DNA of 62,949 nucleotides, filler included, from Octopus bimaculoides (Eukaryota), in assembly GCF_001194135.2 (NCBI RefSeq). It is 6 parts of 5 records of this genome, joined end to end, with 100 filler letters (N's around TTAATTAATTAA, not from the genome) between each part and the next. Parts side by side here need not be neighbours in the genome. Positions count along the whole stretch, not along the records: positions 1 to 15,826 come from NC_068982.1; positions 15,927 to 34,999 come from NC_069005.1; 4 more parts are not named here. The stretch is one strand, 5' to 3'. How positions within the stretch are numbered: position 1 is the first letter of the stretch; each line of letters begins with the position of its first letter. The notes beneath the pieces are model-generated. The model had not been told where the DNA came from, ran no database searches, and saw nothing but the letters and a program-made list of their open reading frames with translations. A program made the translations under genes and the position numbers. Below are positions 13,914 through 26,799 of this stretch, in pieces.

Positions 13914-14730
13914 TTAAGTGTTTTTGGATGTAGTCAGGTACTCCTTCAGTCGATCATGAAGCGGTCGGACCGTGCTGCCGATGTTATAACTGCCGCATTT
14001 CGAACACCATATCTGGTAAACCACATACATGTTCATATTGCATATAGAAAAGTTCGGCAGTGTGCAGGGCTGCTGTTCTGCGTATGACATTCTAGTTGAC
14101 AGGTGTCTACACAAGAAGGGTTCCAAACGGGCTAGTAGGATGTCGAGGCCTTCCTTATAGATGGCCTTACAGATGGTGGAGGTATTCCTTTCATTAAAAC
14201 GAGGAATCCTCAGGAAAGAAGTCTTAGAGATTCCTCTTGCCACGTTTATTTGGTTCTGTGTTTGCGTAGTGTGTTTGTGACGGACACCGGGTATACGTTG
14301 ATCCCAAGTATCTTTCGGAACTGTACAACCAGTGAGACCTGGCAGGCGTTCTCATGGCATCTCTTGTGTATGCGGGTGATCTTATTATATATAGAGCTGG
14401 TCTTAGTCCTGATGTGGAGAGCCAACTTGTAAGGAACAAAGGATTTCAGTAGGCTGTGCCAAGTTTTCCCTCGTTCGTGATGGTTAGCTGAAAGTCAAGC
14501 AAGGATATGGAACCATCGCCGTTCAGGTGTTTGATGATGGAGTTGATGTGTTGGTCCATGTTACCAAAGGTTTCTAGTTTTGTGGAGACATGCTTATGGT
14601 ATGAAGTGAGTATGAGGATGTTGTCCAAATAACTGGTTAAGAAGGCACATGAGCGGCAGGAACCGAGTGCTCCGCATTCCAACCGGTGTAGGTAAGCTAC
14701 AGAATGCAGGACTGAGACTCTGAACCTCAT
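13914..14730 (-). mobile_element. Penelope-like element of a different lineage: RT C-terminus, thumb and GIY-YIG
   Basis: YLDNILIL..ISLLDFQLTITNEG (RT motifs C-E) and VVYQIWCSKCGSYNIGSTVRPLHDRLKEY (GIY-YIG signature). Confidence 0.88.
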
Positions 14731-14884
14731 AGGCAGGACTGAACACGGCTCATATGCTTTGCTGAGGAAATTAATTCATGTGCTGGCAACTATGACTGAC
14801 AGTAGCTGGTGCTATCTGCACCCAACACCACGCACGCAGGCACAGACAGACAGACAGACAGACAGACAAAGAGAAAGATAGACA

Positions 14885-14941
<57 letters not shown>

Positions 14942-14944
<3 letters not shown>

Positions 14945-15280
14945 GGTAAAGACCCCTTTGGTCATGAATGACCATGGAATTGCATTTAAAAAGTTCCCCT
15001 CCGTGGCACAAGTCCGGGTGAGGTTGTTTATGGAAGACCAGCCGCCATCCATGCATATCGGCCTCCCCACCCCAGGCCACCGATTTTATTCAAGAGGAAG
15101 GAAAAAGCTGATATAACTTGGCACTAGTGACGTCGTAACTGAATTCTACATCTGAGTGAACAGGAGCAATATGAAATGAAGTGTCTTGCTAACGAACACT
15201 ACACACAGCCTGGTCTGGGAATCAAATTTACTACCTCATGATCGTAAGCCCGACGCTCTAACTACTGAGCCATGCACCTA
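14942..15280 (-). mobile_element. tRNA-derived SINE with RTE-like tail
   Basis: Sense strand GGTGCATGGCTCAGTAGTTAGAGCGTCGG (A box)..TTGATTCCC (B box), ending GTCTTTACCTTT then (GT)n. Confidence 0.7.
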
Positions 15281-15441
15281 CACACACACGCGCGCACGCG
15301 CACACACACGCACGCACAAGGAGAAAAGAAGTGATTTCCCATGCAGGAGAGAATATAGGAGAATTTGTTTCGGGGCTTGAAAATGAACCTGAATTTTAAA
15401 ACGTGTAATCATTTCTAAATTTTGTAATAGATCTATTAAAA

Positions 15442-15481
15442 TACCAGACCGGTTTCGACAATCTTTTGTTTATCAATGGTA
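15442..15481 (-). ncRNA. Hammerhead-shaped motif with variant core (TTGATAA)
   Basis: TACCA-TTGATAA-ACAA-AAGA-TTGT-C-GAAA-C-CG-GT-C-TGGTA. Perfect stem I, ACCGGT, GUC triplet. Confidence 0.6.
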
Positions 15482-15926
15482 AATAAAAAAAAGATAATAA
15501 ATAAGAAGATTTAGGAGAAATTCAATTTGCAAGTGAAGATTTAGAAAAAAAAAACATGCTTAAATGATCAATTGTCCATACAAGTTCCAATAAGCTTCAC
15601 AGAAAAAGTAATACAAGTTAAAACGTTCGATGTTCATAACAGTCACATATGATCGAATGTTCAGCAACTTTGAGTTGTATTAACAATTAGATACGATCAG
15701 TGGGAGAAAGAATAGATATTGTTTTATAAACATGAAGGAGAGTTCTTCGTCTGTTTGGGCTGCGGAGAGATCGAAATTCTTAAAGTCAAACTTAGTTTGT
15801 AAATATAAATAGAAATATATATATATNNNNNNNNNNNNNNNNNNNNNNNNNNNNNNNNNNNNNNNNNNNNTTAATTAATTAANNNNNNNNNNNNNNNNNN
15901 NNNNNNNNNNNNNNNNNNNNNNNNNN

Positions 15927-16045
<119 letters not shown>

Positions 16046-16247
16046 ACATATATATGTATGTATATACATATGTATGTACCGTGGCATTCTGTCGGTTACG
16101 ACAATGAGGCTTCCAGTTGAACCTAAATGAAGATAGTAATAAGAAGGCTGTTTAATTAAAATTCACTGTTTTCAAAAATGGACCCAAAACTGACTGACAC
16201 AAGCGCTTAATTGATGACGAAACTGATAAATGCTAATATATCAGATA

Positions 16248-17586
16248 CTAGCAGTATAGCCCGCCGCTGCCCGGCATTAAGCTAGGATTATTAAGTCATC
16301 AAGTGCTTTATTTGAAACCAAAATAAGTAACATCGACATCAGATTTGAGCGAAATCCGTTGAAATTGGTTTGGACGAAAATGGTTTGCTGGCAATTTGAT
16401 TGGGAAATCCCATAAGGAATCATTTTATTGGTTATTTCCACTCACTGGCTGTTTTTTTTTTAAGGTTGCATTAGAGATCTGCATAGGAGAAGGTTAATCT
16501 GAAGGTTTGCATTGGGGATCTGGATTGGAGTAACTTTACAAAAACTTACCAACAGCCTTAACCAAAAAATAAGGGGCCTGTCCCTTCTAGGTTATCTCTA
16601 ACCCTAACCCTAAACCCTAAGCCTAACCCTGACCCTAAAACCGTAACCCTAACACCAACCCTAATCCTAATCCTAACCCTAACACTAACCTTAACCCTAA
16701 CCCTAACCGTAAAACCCTAACCGTAAAACCCTAACCGTAAAACCCTAACCGTAACACCCTAGTGGAAATTGTGCGGGTGTTAATGTGAAAAATTACCAAA
16801 CCCTTTTTGTGATCCGAAAAACGGGTTGAGGGGTGACTGACAAATTGTTACATACCTTTTTGTTTCATAGTTGTTGTGAAATATAAACAAATCTCTTTCG
16901 CTTCCNNNNNNNNNNNNNNNNNNNNNNNNNNNNNNNNNNNNNNNNNNNNNNNNNNNNNNNNNNNNNNNNNNNNNNNNNNNNNNNNNNNNNNNNNNNNNNN
17001 NNNNNNNNNNNNNNNNNNNNNNNNNNNNNNNNNNNNNNNNNNNNNNNNNNNNNNNNNNNNNNNNNNNNNNNNNNNNNNNNNNNNNNNNNNNNNNNNNNNN
17101 NNNNNNNNNNNNNNNNNNNNNNNNNNNNNNNNNNNNNNNNNNNNNNNNNNNNNNNNNNNNNNNNNNNNNNNNNNNNNNNNNNNNNNNNNNNNNNNNNNNN
17201 NNNNNNNNNNNNNNNNNNNNNNNNNNNNNNNNNNNNNNNNNNNNNNNNNNNNNNNNNNNNNNNNNNNNNNNNNNNNNNNNNNNNNNNNNNNNNNNNNNNN
17301 NNNNNNNNNNNNNNNNNNNNNNNNNNNNNNNNNNNNNNNNNNNNNNNNNNNNNNNNNNNNNNNNNNNNNNNNNNNNNNTTTCACACGCGTACGCACAGAT
17401 TTGACTTCGCCATGTCAACAAACTTCAAAATTGGTAAAAGTTTATCGATTTTTACAGTTATACGCGGGTGCTTCTGAGAGAAAAAGTTGACGAAAATGCA
17501 GATAGGGTGATGACAAATCTCCTAAAATTGGAGCGACATGCGTGATAACACACACACACACACATCTCGGCTTTTATAGATATGGA
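16248..17586 (-). mobile_element. Non-autonomous Helitron with internal telomere-like repeats (contains an N gap of about 490 nt)
   Basis: On the minus strand the 5' end is A|TCCATATCTATAAAAGCCGAGATG(TG)n and the 3' end is GCCG-GGCAG-CGGC hairpin + GGGCTATACTG-CTAG|T. These are canonical TC...CTAG termini between host A and T, with no TSD. Confidence 0.75.
16598..16761 (+). repeat. Degenerate (CCCTAA)n telomere-like tract with a higher-order 14-mer
   Basis: CTAACCCTAACCCTAAACCCTAAGCCTAACCCTGACCCTAA..., then (AAACCCTAACCGTA) x3. Confidence 0.9.
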
Positions 17587-17887
17587 TATCAATTCGCGGT
17601 TCGGATGGGAATATATGAGACATTCGAACGAACAGATGTCGGTAAAAATATAAAAGGAAATTATTGCAGCAAACGGAAACAAATGTCTTCTGAATTCACC
17701 GGTTGTCACCAACCTCAACCAATTCCAAAAATATTAACGGTCATCTTTGGATGCATCAAAGACTGCTATATAAACAATGACAGCTGAGTAAAAACGTGAA
17801 TGTATTTTAAACCGACCTTGCAAGTGGCTTCTCAACCGCAGACAGGAAATACACATCCCTTGTCATATTTTATTTGTTTGTTTAAAT

Positions 17888-18000
17888 CAGGGGTTCTCAA
17901 CCAGTGTCCATATGTCCTTTGGGGGTTCATATAAGATTTTGTTGCTAACGTTTGTGTGCAATAAATTGTTTATACTTCAACAATGCACAAAATATATTTT
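17888..18000. mobile_element. hAT-type terminal fragment
   Basis: Begins CAGGGGTTCTCAACC, typical of hAT (Charlie-like) TIRs. No partner TIR found. Confidence 0.45.
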
Positions 18001-18029
18001 TATATACAATTCCTAACACTATTCACTCT

Positions 18030-18225
18030 TTTACTTGTTTCAGTCATTTGACTGCGGCCATGCTGGAGCACTGCCTTTAGTCGAGCAAATCTACCCCAGG
18101 ACTTACTTTTTGTAAGCCTAGTACTTATTCTATCGTTCCCTTTTGCGGAACGGCTAAGTTACGGGGACGTAAACACACCAGCATCAGTTGTCAAGCGATG
18201 CTGGGGGACAAACACAAACACACAA
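18030..18225. mobile_element. Interspersed repeat family C (probable SINE body or tail)
   Basis: TTGTTTCAGTCATTTGACTGCGGCCATGCTGGAGCA... recurs in inverse orientation at about 3600-3805. Confidence 0.65.
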
Positions 18226-18270
<45 letters not shown>

Positions 18271-18284
18271 CACATATACGACGG

Positions 18285-18442
18285 CTTTCTTTCAGTTTCC
18301 GTCTACCTAATCCACTCACAAGGCTTTGGTCGGTCCGAGGCTATAGTAGAAGACACTTGCCCAAGGTGCCACGCAGTGGGACTGAACCCGGAACCATGTG
18401 GTTGGTAAGCAAGCTACTTACCACACAGCCACTCCTGCGCCT
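18285..18442 (-). mobile_element. tRNA-derived CORE-like SINE family B
   Basis: Sense strand AGGCGCAGGAGTGGCTGTGTGGTAAG..GGTTCAGTCCC..CACCTTGGGCAAGTGTCTT..GGAAACTGAAAGAA. Other copies at 30153-30313, 52470-52622, 56150-56305, 56655-56775, and a tail at 3460-3510. Confidence 0.85.
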
Positions 18443-18837
18443 ATTTAATTATAAAAACACAGCCGAATGTTTTTTACACAACGCATGGCTATGGAGATCG
18501 AGTAGAATAAAATATGTATGAAAGGGATCGAGAACGACTGGTTTAAATGATATTTCCATTTAATTATTGTTTTATGCTTTGCCCTTTATTATTTCGTATA
18601 AGGATTTGCGTGTTTTTGTATTAGTTCTTAACTTAGTCCCCTTTCATATCACATCACGCCTTCCACCTTTCAACGCGTATTATTTAACTTATTTGCCTCC
18701 CTTTTTATCTCCCATTTGGAATCATCATATCTGATCTGCTTCCCTTCTTCCTTTTCCGACAATCTTTCATCACCCGGACATGCAACACCTTTGGAGGATG
18801 CAGCGGCGGCGCTGTGACAGCACATGCTCCCATACTA

Positions 18838-18872
<35 letters not shown>

Positions 18873-20309
18873 ATTACTACTACTATTACTACTCTCCTGA
18901 AAATGTCTCAAAACTTATGGAATGCACCCTGTAAGTGCTGCGACCGATATAAATGTCTAAACACTCAATTACTAGAAATCGTTGCACCAGCATGACCGCA
19001 GTCCAATGGCGGAATCCAGTAACAGAATAAACGAAGGCCCCCAGTAATACCATCACCTCGCCATCATCAATACCACAAGGAGTGGTAGTAGTAGGAGTAC
19101 AACTACTACTACTACTACCACCACCACCACCACCGCTACTATCAATATTACTACTAAGACTCACTACCACTTATTACTTACTATCACCACCACTGTTGTA
19201 CAACCACTACTACTACTATTACTGCTACTGCTGCTACTACTACTATTACTACTACTGCTACAACTCTCCACTTATTACCAATACTGCTATCATCAGTCAC
19301 TACTACCTCCTCCACCATCACCACTAACAATACGATGACTACTATTGCTACTGAGTGACTTAGCATATAAATATATATATAAATATATATACACACATAT
19401 ATACATACATATATATATACATGCATACATGTGTGTGTATATATATATATATATATNNNNNNNNNNNNNNNNNNNNNNNNNNNNNNNNNNNNNNNNNNNN
19501 NNNNNNNNNNNNNNNNNNNNNNNNNNNNNNNNNNNNNNNNNNNNNNNNNNNNNNNNNNNNNNNNNNNNNNNNNNNNNNNNNNNNNNNNNNNNNNNNNNNN
19601 NNNNNNNNNNNNNNNNNNNNNNNNNNNNNNNNNNNNNNNNNNNNNNNNNNNNNNNNNNNNNNNNNNNNNNNNNNNNNNNNNNNNNNNNNNNNNNNNNNNN
19701 NNNNNNNNNNNNNNNNNNNNNNNNNNNNNNNNNNNNNNNNNNNNNNNNNNNNNNNNNNNNNNNNNNNNNNNNNNNNNNNNNNNNNNNNNNNNNNNNNNNN
19801 NNNNNNNNNNNNNNNNNNNNNNNNNNNNNNNNNNNNNNNNNNNNNNNNNNNNNNNNNNNNNNNNNNNNNNNNNNNNNNNNNNNNNNNNNNNNNNNNNATA
19901 TATATATATATATTTGATATATTTGATGGATTTTTCGTTAAAACCAGACACGTTAATTGAAGATGATTAAGTCGAGTTTATTATCAACAAGAAGATTGTC
20001 TCTTCTTGTTATCTTTCCTCGTCTTATTCTTTATTAGCTTAAGTCTTATTTTTTCTTTTCTGTCCTTTCTTAATTTCATTCTTTATCTCCTTACTGTTAT
20101 TTTTTTTCCTTTAATTATATTATTTATTACTTTATTCTGATAATTGTTTTTTCCTAATCATATATTTATTGCCTTATTTTATCATCAAAAGTTAATCGCA
20201 CTGCTTTCATTCGTTGTCTTCTTGTTTCTTAGCCCTTGTGGCAAATAAAGACAAAAACATATGATTATTATTATAATTTCCAATATGTATACTAACAACG
20301 GCTGGCTTA

Positions 20310-21945
20310 CAGAATTTTTCGCACGTTCTGAGTTCAAATTACGCCGAGGTTGTTTTTTTCCTTTCATACTTACTGAGTCAATAAAATAAATACCAACTGA
20401 ACATTGGGGTCGCTGTAATCGACTTACCACCATCCCCCGCTCAAAATTGCTGGCATTGGGCCAAAATTTAAATTCCTTATTATTCCATACCAGTATTGTA
20501 ATGCCCGGATACACCAGCTTTCAATTCGATATTTATCTTGGCTTGTGACGGATTTTCTAACTATCTACTTCGGTTGTTGCCAGATCAGTGACTGTTTTCT
20601 CACTTATTTTTTTTTTATATATTGCGAGATGGAGCGGATTACTGCTGTCTCTAGCGGATGGGAGTCCACCACCGAGGATTCGCACAAATAGTTCGAAACT
20701 CTACGGTCTGGTGGTCCCGTCGTCTGCTAGAAGATGGTAAGGGTTCGCTCCCTTGCTTGCAATATATATCGGGTGCAGATTGCATCGATAACCAGCTGGA
20801 GTAGGCTCCTCCTGGGGATAAAAATGATAGAAACGTCGGTTCCTACGGAATAGCCATATTGAAGTAGCGATAAACATTAAATCCTTAGCCCTAAACTAAA
20901 AACCCATCCCTAATTTCACCTGAATCAAAATCATTATCCACGCATCCAACTTGAAAACTCTATCACAGAATTAGATTCCACCAAATAATACATTTAATAT
21001 TATCAAAATATTTCAACGAATTAGTCAGGTTTAGGGCTGAAACGTATAAAAGAATAATTATGTATGTTGTATAGTAGTTCTGTTATATGCCCTGCGATTC
21101 ATTAGCCGGTTTCTGTGACGATTAAGCGACCGAGATCACAGCATCAAACCACCACACAGTAACTCCGTTCATCGCTGGGTTAGTCATTTACTGCTGAGTG
21201 GAAAGGAGCAATGTGAAATGAGGTGCTTTGCTCAAGAACACTATCCCCTGCCCGGTCCAAGAATTGAAACCACGACCTTGCGATCACGAGTGCTACACCG
21301 TAACGACTTAGGCCCGATGCTTTACAATTAAAGAAAGAACAACAGAAATACAAATATTCCACTTGAACATTTATATACAAATTTTAGAGATTGTATAATT
21401 TGATATTACAATAGATAAATTATTAGTGTTCACCTCCAGACTGCTGCTGATGAAAGACACATATGGTCAATGCCGTTCTATCTATATGAGGTGTAAATCA
21501 TATTTTAACAATAATTATGATAATTCTCTGCATCGTAGGCACAAGGCCAGCAAGTTTGGGGGACCCCAGTACTTAAATGGTATTTATTTCATCAACCCCG
21601 AAAGGGGTGAAAGGCAAATTCGACCTTGACGGAATTTGAAAGCAGAACGTAAAAACGGACAAAATCCTGCTAAGTATTTTACCTGGCTTGCTAACGATTC
21701 TGCTAGTTAACCACTTTATACGTGAAAAGTTGTATTGATCTCAAATTTTGAGATAGGGCCAGCAATTTCGGCAATGGGGTTAAGTCGATTATATCGACCC
21801 CATTGCTCAACTGATACTTCTTTTATCAACCCCTAAAGGATGAAAGGTAAAGTCAATCTGTGCGAAACTTGAACTCAGAACGTAAGGACAGACGAAATGC
21901 CGGTAAGCATTTTGCCCGGCGTGCTAATGACTCCGCCGGCTCTTG
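20310..21945. mobile_element. Older SINE copies: family A at 20310-20470 (+), 21535-21715 (-), 21745-21940 (-), and a tRNA-headed SINE at 21170-21310 (-)
   Basis: Homology to the family A consensus; GTTCTTGAGCAAAGCAC central motif in the 21.2 kb copy. Confidence 0.7.
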
Positions 21946-22217
21946 CATATATTGCATTCAAACAGCTTCTCTTCTTCAATTACACATTAATATGAAGATT
22001 CATTCTATTTCCTTTCGAATTTTCTCAGAAGTATTTTCCTCTAATTTTGATTTCAGTGGCAAAGCTCCTTTGACTTAAATTACATTATGCCGTTCTATTT
22101 TATTTTTAATTAATTTTTTGGTTCAATTTTCCCAAATTGTACTTCAATTAGTTTCAATGGGAAATATTAGAAACATCTCTGTCCGCCGATTGGTCGCTTA
22201 CTTTGATGTAAATCACT

Positions 22218-22289
<72 letters not shown>

Positions 22290-23610
22290 GAGAGAGAGAG
22301 AGAGAAGAAAAAGACTGTTTAAAGGTACGGTCATCTTTCCTTCTGGCATGATTAGGCAAGCCATCTAATGAGAAAGCTTTGAAGTTACTCGTACATGATC
22401 AACATGCTAGATCTTCATAAAAGAGTCGTATTTGGTATCATGACTTGCCGTCAGGTTAACGACCTCTTTATAGATCTTGAACGCTTTTGCTAGTTGTGCT
22501 TCCAGCCTATACTACCGCGATCTTCCAGACGCAGGGTGCGTTTTCATGATTGACCTTTGCAGATGCTCGTGTATGCTTACCATTTTGGATTTTCGTAAAT
22601 GAGTCGTAATTTTTATAATTCTTCTGAGTAAATCATGGGTAAGAGCTTCTGCTGTTGCTAGTATCTACTGCAAGCATGGGCAACCTCTTTCGAGAAGCGG
22701 GTCGGAAGCCACATGAGACATTGCAGACCATCAGGCGGATCACACATCTAATAAACCATCAAGATGATTTTTCGTTAGTGATGTTCAGAAAGTCACGTAG
22801 GCCGCAATTTGCTTAGGGCTGCTCTACTGTGTCTCACAGTATTTTCAGCATAATATCAGTACAATGAACTCATAATAAACTTTGAAATTTTTCTTGAGGC
22901 ACCTCCATACATTTTATCGCAATCTCCCAAAACACATGCAAGTTCTTTTAATAGTTAAACCAATGTTAGTATATTTAATCTAATTAGTATTAAATGCTTA
23001 ATTAGAAAGCATTTGTTGTGTTCAGTATTAATGTTTGTTTTATGTTTTATGTAACCGCTAGGGTAAGGAAATATAAGGAAAAAATCTACTGTCATTTTTA
23101 TGAAGTTACTGATTCATATAAAGATAAGGTACCGTAATGTGTGTCATTCCTGGTTTAGGCTGCAACTTATTTTCCAAATTTGATGTATTTACGTCGAGTT
23201 CAATGACGTGAGAAGCTGAAGAGATATTCGTAGCTAATTGCTAGCTAATTGTTGAAAGCCTGTTTTTAACTAGAACGCAGTTATCACCGAATAGGAATGT
23301 ACAAATTTTAGCAAATTAGACTATCGTGACAAATTTAAGTTTCTGAAGTTTCTGGCAAGTTTTGTAATTAAGTTTAATGCCACGATTACAATCTAGGAAA
23401 GCATCAATAAGTATTTTACTGAATAAAATACTGTGGTTAACACACAAAGCTGTTTAACCCTATTAAGATAGCATTATTTGTTACCTTTACGTGATGTATA
23501 TTTGAAATATTATTTGTAGTAGGTTATACTAAATTGAAAAACAATCCTAATTATCTTAACCCCTTCACTGCGAAATATACCAAAACACTAGAATTAGCAT
23601 TTTCTGCGAG

Positions 23611-24490
23611 TCATGTTACTTCACTAAACTTGATCAGAGCCCCACCCATTCCGACTTCCTTACTCAACCTGTCTATGAAGTAACACATGAGGTAGAGGCT
23701 GTTATGGATAGATGTGTTTGGAATAGCGCATGTCTGCGCGTCACTGACCAGCTTATGGACGACCAGTGCCAATCTTTTGACTAACACCTTGGCCAAAGCT
23801 TTATGATCTGCGTTCAGTAAAGATATGCTCCTAAAATTATCTATTTCGTCCCCTTTGTTCAGATCTTTTCTCAACAGCACCACCATGCCACAGCTCACAG
23901 CACTGGGAATTTTCCCGTTCTGCTGCCAGTTACGGTAGACATTCGCTAAAAGATCATCAAATAAGTCTGATGTATGAAAATAAAGCTGGAAGTGTAGACC
24001 ATCCGTCCCTAGAGATTTCTCCCTTGTGCAGCTAGTCATCACGTCCCGTATATCATTGGCTGTTATCAATATATCGCAGGATGCCGTATTCCTGACCGAA
24101 AGACGTCATCTGCAACTTACCGACTTACGGCGCTTCGTAGAGTTAGGTAAAGTGCGGCTGAAATTCCGCACACATCTGCTTAGTCCTCACTTTTGAAGAG
24201 GGGGTTGATGCTGGCACACTACCTTCCTCGTTGCATGTGAGCCACATCAATAATATCCTTCAGACCCTTCTCCACATAACTTATTATGGCCCGTTCGGCT
24301 CGCCTGTTCCTTTCGTGAGACACATCTATTATAAACTGTTCTCTTTTCTCGTTCTTCCATGATTTCAGGAGAGCCAGGTACAATTGAGTTACTCCACTCA
24401 AATTTAATAACTTTTTGGCTTGAACCAATTCCTTACTTTTTCCTTCCAGGGCTAAAAGAAGCATTTCGATTTTCGAGATAGCCACGTCGA
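23611..24490 (-). mobile_element. L1/Tx1-clade LINE ORF2 fragment (linker plus RT domains 0-2)
   Basis: KSLGTDGL..LLRK..DNFRSISLLNADHKALAKVLVKRL..AQTCAIP..IHNSL corresponds to KSPGxDGL / NWRPISLLNxDYKILAK / QTCF of L1/Tx1 RTs. Confidence 0.88.
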
Positions 24491-24862
24491 AAAGGATTTT
24501 CGATTTGTTGCTGTTGTTCTTGGTGGTGGTGGTAGTGCTGCTACTGCTTCTGGTATCGTTGTTCTTTTTCTCTGGTGTCGTTATTTCTCATGTTGTTCAC
24601 GGCGATGTTTTGTTGCTTTTTGTGTCCCTCTTTCTATGTCAATGCTGTTTGTTGTGGTTGTGACGTTGGTGGTAGTGTGTTTGCTGTTGCCACTGGCGGT
24701 GGTGGTGGAGGTGGAAGCGTTCTCGCTTATGTTGTTGCTTTTTTGTTGTTATTGTTAATTTTTGTTATTCCTGTGATGGTGGTTGCCATGTCGAAATTTT
24801 TAGCTGCAGAAAGTAACTTTCATGCATTTCACGTGCTGTGTTGTTGTTGCTTCTTCTGTTAT

Positions 24863-24893
<31 letters not shown>

Positions 24894-25188
24894 CTCATTG
24901 ACTTCTGCAATTTGGTTGTTCTCTTTTGCGGATGACCGGCTGTTCTTTTCAGCGGACGAACAATCCTCGTCCTCTATCTTTCTCTTTTAAACAAAAATTG
25001 AGGGGCGTGTTTGCTAAAGAAACACAAATTTCACCCCTAAAGACTGCAAAAGGAGAAGAACTAACCAGCTCTTAAGGTTCTGGTTAGCTTATCTATAAAA
25101 CGATAACAAATGTTCAATATATAGTTTTGTATGACAATAGAAATAACAGCAAACTTACGGGAGCGACGCGCAAACCGTATCGATAGAC

Positions 25189-25270
<82 letters not shown>

Positions 25271-25774
25271 AAGAAGAAGNNNNNNNNNNNNNNNNNNNNN
25301 NNNNNNNNNNNNNNNNNNNNNNNNNNNNNNNNNNNNNNNNNNNNNNNNNNNNNNNNNNNNNNNNNNNNNNNNNNNNNNNNNNNNNNNNNNNNNNNNNNNN
25401 NNNNNNNNNNNNNNNNNNNNNNNNNNNNNNNNNNNNNNNNNNNNNNNNNNNNNNNNNNNNNNNNNNNNNNNNNNNNNNNNNNNNNNNNNNNNNNNNNNNN
25501 NNNNNNNNNNNNNNNNNNNNNNNNNNNNNNNNNNNNNNNNNNNNNNNNNNNNNNNNNNAGGACACGAAAGATGAGCACGAACCAGAAAATGACAAGAAAA
25601 GAGAGGTTCTCGACTAAACGGTAAAAAGGTCAGTATATGTGGAGAACGGGATGTGTGTGTGTGCGTGTGTGCGTGCGTGCGTGTGTGTGTATGTGTGTGT
25701 GTGTGCGTGTGTGTGTATGCGTGTGTGTGTGTGTGTGTGTGTGTGTGCTAAATGACAGACGGAAAATGGAATAT

Positions 25775-26120
25775 TCGAGAATTATTGCACAAAAAATTTC
25801 GATTTGACCCAACGCCAAATAGATTTAATACTTGCCGCGCGAGCCACTTAGGTAGAATTTGATAGTAGATTATGGAGTAGATTAGAAAAGGAGAATGTTT
25901 TTGGTATAGCAATGGCGTCCTCTGACTCTGCACAGGTCTCAGACCTAGTCGGAATATACATCCTTTCATTAATGCAGTCTTCCTTCCCAGAAGTAACAGG
26001 GGTCTATATAGGGATGACGCCTTGTTTTTTTTTTCGGACAGGAGTACCAAAGTACAATTAGAAAGAAAAATTTCTTTAGATTGTTTTAAAATTTAGGATT
26101 AAACATTACTATGGGTAAAG
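25775..26120 (+). mobile_element. Penelope-like RT core fragment
   Basis: DLILAAR..EFDSRLWSRLEKENVFGIAMASSDSAQVSDLVGIYIL..GLYRDDAL; same lineage as the 7.7 kb element. Confidence 0.85.
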
Positions 26121-26124
26121 ATTA

Positions 26125-26235
26125 TCGTATTACAGCTTGATTTCTACGAAGTACGGACTCGTACTAAGTTTGAATTGTTTCCGAAGGAATTTTTCTCCAT
26201 TCTTCAGCTAAAACAGTCTCCAGTTCTTGTTATGT
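26125..26235 (-). mobile_element. Tc1 transposase C-terminal fragment
   Basis: QELETVLAEEWRKIPSETIQT*YESVLRRNQAVI matches Tc1 L..EEW..IP..I..L..SM.RR..AVI. Confidence 0.7.
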
Positions 26236-26799
26236 TCTTGAGCAAAACACTTCATTTCACGTTTCTCCAGTCCACTCAGCTGGCAAAAATGAGCAACGCT
26301 GCGTTGGACTGGCGTCCCGTCCAGCTTTAGGACACATACGCCATTGAAACCGGGAAACCGGGCCCATGAGCCTGGCTAGGCTTTAAAAGGGTGCATTTAT
26401 TATTATTAGTAGTATTATTAGTATTATTATTATGTACACATATATATATATGTATATGAAAGGAATAAACCAGGATTGTAACCATAATATATAAACAATC
26501 AAACAGATGAATATATAATAAACAACTCAGAGAGATATTCATGTACAAAGAAACCATTTGCTTCTCCGAGCGAATTAAGACATGGCATTTGCGAAAGTCA
26601 CGCTAATAGCAGAATCTAATGTTATTTAATTGTTCCTCGTTGTAAACAGATTCCGTTAAAATTGAAACCGAAGTCACCAAATAAAATATATAATGTACAT
26701 AATATATATATTTTAGGCATTTTGCACCAGTACTGAACCTCTTAATTCTTCGCTTCAATCAATCTCCCCCACCCAGAATTAGCACTTTTATTTTTTTTT

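Noticed and set aside
15871-15882. Recurrent TTAATTAATTAA within N runs (5 sites)
   Set aside because: An identical six-frame-stop spacer inside gaps is an assembly artefact, not biology.
18700-18995. GC-richer stretch with ORFs on both strands and a CT|GTAAGT donor-like site
   Set aside because: The frames are dominated by (TAC)n/(TGC)n repeats, with no recognisable domain.
20801-20846. GTAGG...GAAAC-GTCG-GTT-CCTAC hammerhead-like frame
   Set aside because: Stem I is good, but there is no CUGANGA next to it (CTCCTCC or CTGGGGA) and no stem II.
26170-26220. CTGAAGA...GAAAC on the minus strand
   Set aside because: It falls within Tc1 transposase coding sequence, and the stems do not form.
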